From NCBI GenBank assembly GCA_963812015.1, contig CAWETI010000002.1, forward strand, positions 1,248,001-1,312,000: DNA of 64,000 nt, in the 5' to 3' direction. A program made the translations under genes and the position numbers. The first letter of the stretch is position 1; every line of letters begins with the position of its first letter. This stretch comes from an uncultured delta proteobacterium (GTDB lineage: Bacteria > Desulfobacterota > Desulfobaccia > Desulfobaccales > 0-14-0-80-60-11). The notes below the pieces were generated by a model. It made no database searches and was not told where the DNA came from. It saw nothing but the letters and a program-made list of their open reading frames with translations. Of the stretch, positions 59,442 through 64,000 are shown piece after piece.

Positions 59442-60371
59442 CTACTCAATATAACCCATAACATCCAACTGGTGGGCCACGTAGATCAATTCCCGGGCGT
59501 CGATCTGGCGGTGGCGTTGCGCGATCCAGGCCTGAAAGCGGCCGCTATCCAGTTCAGGGTGGCCATGCAGGGCCCGGCCGATGGTGTCGATGATGAAATG
59601 GAGAAAGTAGGCCTCATCGCCGGGATAGCCCGCCGGGCCGGGGAAGACCACCCAGTCGGAGCTGCCCGCCGCGGCCACCCGGGCGCCCGCCTTCTGAAGG
59701 CGCCGGAAGAGCCGGCGCCCGGTGACGCTGCTGCCGGAGAGCCGGCCCTGGCAAAGACGCGTGTCCATGGTGCGGTGATACAGGGCTTCGATGCAATGAT
59801 CCAGGTTCGGGTCGATGGGAGGCTCAAGAATGGTGCCCCCGTCGAAATTCAGGGTGAAATAGAAGAGGCCGCGGTCAGCCGCCAGGGACAACAGCCGGGG
59901 CAGGGTGGTGGCCAGGTCGAGGAGGTCCAGGACGGCATGGGCGACGAGAAGGTCCCAGGTCGATTTTCTCCCTTCCCGGTCCATAAAATCGAAGAGGTCG
60001 GCGGCTTTCAGGGTCACCCGAACCTCGGCGCCGGGGGGCCTCAAGACCATGGCCCCGTCCGCGTCCTCGAACAGGCTGGCGTGGTGCGCCGCCGCATACC
60101 GGCGGCAGCGCTGCCGGGCCGCCCGGATGAACTCCGTTTCGACATCGATGCCGGTGTACGCCCCCCGGGTGAGCACGCCCCAATCCAGCAGGCGCTCCAG
60201 CATGGTGCCGATGCCGCAGCCCACTTCCAGGACCCTGAGGGGGGCGGAGTTCGGCCGGTCCCGCACCGCCTGCACCAGGGTGTCCCACACCTGCCGGTTC
60301 AGGGAGCGGTCATCCAGGGGCTGTTTGGCGGCGAGATAGCGGATAAAGTCGGGAGCAGGCGGGCCGGTCAC
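59442..60371 (-). CDS. Class I SAM-dependent methyltransferase-like protein
   Basis: VLEVGCGIG, AHAVLDL and GSSDW motifs; last gene of the 59442-63848 operon. Confidence 0.85.
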   Translation of the reverse strand: MTGPPAPDFIRYLAAKQPLDDRSLNRQVWDTLVQAVRDRPNSAPLRVLEVGCGIGTMLERLLDWGVLTRGAYTGIDVETEFIRAARQRCRRYAAAHHASLFEDADGAMVLRPPGAEVRVTLKAADLFDFMDREGRKSTWDLLVAHAVLDLLDLATTLPRLLSLAADRGLFYFTLNFDGGTILEPPIDPNLDHCIEALYHRTMDTRLCQGRLSGSSVTGRRLFRRLQKAGARVAAAGSSDWVVFPGPAGYPGDEAYFLHFIIDTIGRALHGHPELDSGRFQAWIAQRHRQIDARELIYVAHQLDVMGYIE

Positions 60372-60373
60372 GG

Positions 60374-61453
60374 TTACCCCAGGAAACTTTTCAGGAAGGC
60401 CCGCCCCAGGGCGGCGGTTTCCTCCCAGGTGGGATGGGCCGCGGCGGCGTGATGCGCCGACAGGCTCAGGCGCTTCAGAAGCTCCCGGTCCTGCATCAGG
60501 AGGTTGAGATGGTGGGCCAGGGCGGCGGCATCCCCCGGCGGCACCAGAAAGCCGTTGTGGTCATGGTGGATGAGTTCCCGGGCGGCGCCGGCGGTTCCGG
60601 CGATGGCGGGCAGGCCGAAATGCATGCCCTCCAGATAGACGATGCCGAAGCCTTCGTAGGAGGAGGGCACCGCCAGGAGGTGGCTGGCAGCGCACCGGGC
60701 CGCCAGTTCCTGGGCGGGGAGGGCGCCCAGCAGGGATACCCCGGGGGTCAGGCCCGCATCCTGAATCTGGCGGCGGATAGTCTTGACATACGCGATATCC
60801 ATGTCCAGGCTGCCGGCCACCGTCAGCCGCCAACCGTCCCGGGGAAGGTTTGTAAGGGCCGTGAGCAGGGTGTGCAACTCTTTACGGGGGATCAGGTTGC
60901 CCACAAACAGGATGTGCAAAGGCCCGGGGGCGGTGGCCCGGGCCTTAATCTCGGCCCGGGTGATGGAGCCGGGCAGGCCGTTGCGGCCGGGAGACGCCAC
61001 CACCAGGGGCTGCTCCCGCCCCACCAAATCCTCCACGTCCTGCTTGGTGGTCCGGCTGACACAGATAAAACCGTCCACCGAGGCCAGGTAGCGTTTTTCC
61101 ACCCGGCGGTATAGTCGGGTGGGCCAGGCCGAATGGGTCTCCCGGCAGCGGAGATGGTGCACGATGGCGACCAGGGGGGTGGGAATCCGGGGATGGAGGC
61201 GCTGGTTGAGCCAGAAGCAGGAAGGGTGCACCAGTTCATCTTGGAGGAGGACATCAAAGGCGGCCTGCTCAAGTCGGCGGCGGAGCCCGGCGTTCAGGTT
61301 ATCCAGCAGGCTCACGCCATAGTGACGCCAGGGGAGACTGATGACTTCCACTCGGTCGCCCTGCTCCCTGAGATACCGGACCAGGTGGCGGTCATAGATG
61401 AAGCCCCCGGAAATGGTGTCCAGGCGGCCATAAATGAGCAGGCCTACCCGCAC
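60374..61453 (-). CDS. Glycosyltransferase family 4
   Basis: SGGFIYD, VGNLIPRK and PSSYEGFGIVYLE motifs. Confidence 0.92.
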   Translation of the reverse strand: MRVGLLIYGRLDTISGGFIYDRHLVRYLREQGDRVEVISLPWRHYGVSLLDNLNAGLRRRLEQAAFDVLLQDELVHPSCFWLNQRLHPRIPTPLVAIVHHLRCRETHSAWPTRLYRRVEKRYLASVDGFICVSRTTKQDVEDLVGREQPLVVASPGRNGLPGSITRAEIKARATAPGPLHILFVGNLIPRKELHTLLTALTNLPRDGWRLTVAGSLDMDIAYVKTIRRQIQDAGLTPGVSLLGALPAQELAARCAASHLLAVPSSYEGFGIVYLEGMHFGLPAIAGTAGAARELIHHDHNGFLVPPGDAAALAHHLNLLMQDRELLKRLSLSAHHAAAAHPTWEETAALGRAFLKSFLG

Positions 61454-61833
61454 TAACGTGCCTCGCGGTAGGCCGCCCAGGCGATTTCATTTTCCCAGAT
61501 TTTGACCGTCACCGCGCTGAGAGGCTCCTGGATGCGGCTCAAAAGCTGCTGGCCAAGGAGGCGGGCAAAGTTCTCGATGCTGGGGTTGAGCCCGACGAAT
61601 TCGGGGAGGTCGTTCAGGGTCTGGTCCCGGTAATAAGCCACCAGTTCCTCAAGGTGGGCTTCCACGGCCACGATGTCCACCAGGTAGCCGTGTTTATCCA
61701 GAATTTTCCCTTCCAACTGAACTTCCACCTGGTAGTGGTGGGAATGGAGTTCATTTTCAGCGCCCCAATCGCCGCCGAAGAGGTAATGCCGCGCCACGAA
61801 GTCTCGCTTCACCGCCAGGGTGTAGTTGTGCAT
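61453..61833 (-). CDS. COG0720 PTPS/QueD-fold protein lacking the canonical catalytic Cys
   Basis: FVARH, ENELHSH (instead of CxxxHGH), LNDL, NPSIE and IWE motifs. Confidence 0.88.
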   Translation of the reverse strand: MHNYTLAVKRDFVARHYLFGGDWGAENELHSHHYQVEVQLEGKILDKHGYLVDIVAVEAHLEELVAYYRDQTLNDLPEFVGLNPSIENFARLLGQQLLSRIQEPLSAVTVKIWENEIAWAAYREAR

Positions 61834-61905
61834 GAGGTGCTCCTTGGTTAAAAACAAGTTATTAACGGAAGCGAAAAATAGGTTACCTCATAAACCGAAA
61901 GCCAG

Positions 61906-62000
61906 AAAAAATCCCCCTAAATCCCCCTTTTGCAAAGGGGGACTTTAGACGCCATTCCGGTAATTTCCCTCCTTTGTAAAAGGGGGGATAGGGGGGAATT
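61906..62000. repeat. Inverted pair of CCCCCTTT..AAAGGGGG palindromic repeats inside the operon
   Basis: AAATCCCCCTAAATCCCCCTTTTGCAAAGGGGGAC … CCCTCCTTTGTAAAAGGGGGGATAGGGGGGAATT. Confidence 0.75.
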
Positions 62001-62090
62001 CCCCTGGATCGACTATCAGTTTAGCAATTTATTTAATGCTCCAGTTTATAAAAACGCCCCTGGCGACCTTATGGTCTACTCCGCCACCCT

Positions 62091-63116
62091 TCAATAGGTC
62101 AGGATTACCTGGATGGCGTCTTCCGGGTGGCGGTCGATCAAGGCATAGGCTTGGCCTGCCTGATCGATGGGAAAGCGATGGGTGATGAAGCGGGCTGGCT
62201 TCACCTGTTCCAGCATCTGCCAGGTGGTATGATAACGGCGGGTCTTGTTCCAGCGGCCGGTAAGCTCCGGGGCGATGCTGCTGACCTGGCTGCCGATGAG
62301 ACGCACCCGACTGCGATGGAAACTGCCCCCCAGGTTCAGATCGGACCTTTGAAGCCCGTACCAGGAGCCGATGACCACCCGGCCGCTGAAGCCGGTGGCC
62401 GCGATGGCCTGGTCCAAGGCGACGGGGTTCCCGGAAATCTCATAGCAGAGGTCGGCCCCGGGATAGGGGCGGGCGTCCTGGAGACTCGAGGCAAGACGCG
62501 CCAGGACGTCCGGGGCCGAGGGGTCCAGGCTGACGTGGGCCCCCAGGTCTTCGGAGAGCAGACGGCGCTTGGGGTAGAGATCCAGGGTCACCAGGGACGA
62601 CAGCGGCCAGCGGCTCAAAAGGGCGGTGAGGAGCAGCCCCACGATGCCCTGGCCGAAGATGGCCACCTGTTCCCCCGCCAGGGGTTGGCCGTCCAGGAGG
62701 AAGGTCACCGCGGTTTCCATGTTGGGAAAGAACACCGCATCCTCGGGAGTCAAACCGTCGGGCAGTCTGAGCAGTTCGTCCGGGGTAGCCAGGAAGTGGC
62801 TTTCGTGGGGATGGAAAGCGAAGACCAGCCTGCCTTCCCAATCGGGCGCTATCCCCCGGCCCAGCTCGATGATCTGGCCCACCGTGGCGTAGCCGTATTT
62901 TAGGGGAAAAGCGAAATTCCCCGCCAGGGCGGAGATGGTTTCATCCTTGGTCAGGTCCGCCGGCGCCAGTCCCCGGTAGATCAATAACTCGGTGCCCGGA
63001 CTGATGGCGGAAATGACGGTCTTCACCAACACCTGGCCAAAAGCCGGGGAGGGGAGGGTTTCGCTTTGCAGCGCCACCTGTCGGGGGGCGGTAAAATAGA
63101 GGGCCTGTCGTTCCAT
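62091..63116 (-). CDS. MDR-superfamily (zinc-binding-type) dehydrogenase
   Basis: SAISPGTE, YGYATVG, GQGIVG, GSWYG, FHRSR and SQVS motifs. Confidence 0.88.
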   Translation of the reverse strand: MERQALYFTAPRQVALQSETLPSPAFGQVLVKTVISAISPGTELLIYRGLAPADLTKDETISALAGNFAFPLKYGYATVGQIIELGRGIAPDWEGRLVFAFHPHESHFLATPDELLRLPDGLTPEDAVFFPNMETAVTFLLDGQPLAGEQVAIFGQGIVGLLLTALLSRWPLSSLVTLDLYPKRRLLSEDLGAHVSLDPSAPDVLARLASSLQDARPYPGADLCYEISGNPVALDQAIAATGFSGRVVIGSWYGLQRSDLNLGGSFHRSRVRLIGSQVSSIAPELTGRWNKTRRYHTTWQMLEQVKPARFITHRFPIDQAGQAYALIDRHPEDAIQVILTY

Positions 63117-63848
63117 TTAACTGCTCCATTCCGGTTCCCCGCGCAGCACCAGGTCATCGCCCAGTTGCTGGTAGCTGAGGTTCTTGAGGCGCGGAAAGCG
63201 CCGCAGGGAAGAATGCCCTAAATGATCCACTACCCGGAGGCCGCCCACCAGGAGGGGGGCGATGGTCAGGACGATCTGGTCCACCAACCGGGAGACGAGA
63301 AAACTCGTGATAATCTGGGCTCCCCCTTCCACCATCAGGCTGTTAATCCCCAGGGACCCGAGCTGTCCCAGGAGACCGCCCAGATCGACCCAGCCGTTGC
63401 TCCCCTGTAGCCGCAGGACCCTGGCCCCCGCCGCCTCCAGGGCTTGTTGCCGCTCGGGGTCGGCGGCTTCGCTGGTGGCAATCCAGGGGGAGCGGCGATT
63501 TTTTAGGAGGCTGGCATAGGGAGGAAAACGGAGGCGGCTGTCCACCACCACGGGTTGGGGATCTGGCCCCGACACCAGCCTGACGGTGAGGCGGGGATTG
63601 TCGGCGAGCACCGTGCCGATGCCCACCAGGATGGCCTCGTGGGCGGCCCTGAGACCGTGGGTCATGGCCATGGCTTGAGAACCGCTGAGGGCCAGGGGCC
63701 GCCCGGGACGGTCGGCAATACTGCCGTCCAGGCTCTGGGCGTAGCTGAGGGTGACCAAGGGGCGGCCGGTACGCCGGCGGTGGGCCGCCGCGGCTTGCAA
63801 GAACGCACATACCCGATCCAGGATCGGGATCGCTTTTTCAACCGGCAT
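63117..63848 (-). CDS. Stand-alone RibD C-terminal (pyrimidine reductase/DHFR-fold) protein
   Basis: YAQSLDGSIA, LVGIGTVLADNPRL, DSRLR and VEGGAQ motifs; no deaminase domain. Confidence 0.9.
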   Translation of the reverse strand: MPVEKAIPILDRVCAFLQAAAAHRRRTGRPLVTLSYAQSLDGSIADRPGRPLALSGSQAMAMTHGLRAAHEAILVGIGTVLADNPRLTVRLVSGPDPQPVVVDSRLRFPPYASLLKNRRSPWIATSEAADPERQQALEAAGARVLRLQGSNGWVDLGGLLGQLGSLGINSLMVEGGAQIITSFLVSRLVDQIVLTIAPLLVGGLRVVDHLGHSSLRRFPRLKNLSYQQLGDDLVLRGEPEWSS

Positions 63849-64000
63849 GCCCATTTCTCCTTGCATCACGCCCTGAGATAGGGTGAGGGGGCCCGGGTTC
63901 AAGCTGAGAAGAGAATATCGCCTGGATTAACCGGGTCAGGCCGTCCTATCTGTAACATGAGAATAGTGGCGGCCTTTGTCAAGTTGGGATGCCGGCGCGA

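Overview
GC-rich bacterial chromosomal window. Gene content, sigma54 sites, a GEMM riboswitch and a long SRP RNA suggest a Desulfobacterota/'deltaproteobacterial' anaerobe (inference). The housekeeping backbone is mtaB (frameshifted), mnmA, aroF-aroB, trmO, tRNA-Gly/tRNA-Cys, mdh, menA, mutS, nagZ, ihfB and SRP RNA. Accessory elements are interleaved with it. (i) A complete IS110/IS621-type element (58098-59286). Its upstream non-coding region folds into a readable bridge RNA whose four guide segments match its own target (a REP-like hairpin, CT core) and its donor junction; a 58-bp remnant of the same element sits at 15943. (ii) An unannotated 85-aa heavy-metal-associated-like ORF with an in-frame UGA in a UxxC motif (candidate selenoprotein, 54327-54584). 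(iii) A RibD-like reductase / Zn dehydrogenase / atypical PTPS / glycosyltransferase / methyltransferase operon of unknown product. (iv) A CxxC+RAPP leader ORF ahead of an outer-membrane protein and a ZnuABC-type metal uptake operon. (v) A decayed tRNA-anchored island leading into a c-di-GMP-riboswitch-led Tad/Flp locus with two pilins and a B12 radical SAM enzyme. (vi) RAYT transposase genes with GTAG REPs, several other palindromic repeat families and a candidate sigma54-dependent sRNA. All calls come from reading the sequence and recalled family motifs; no searches were run.
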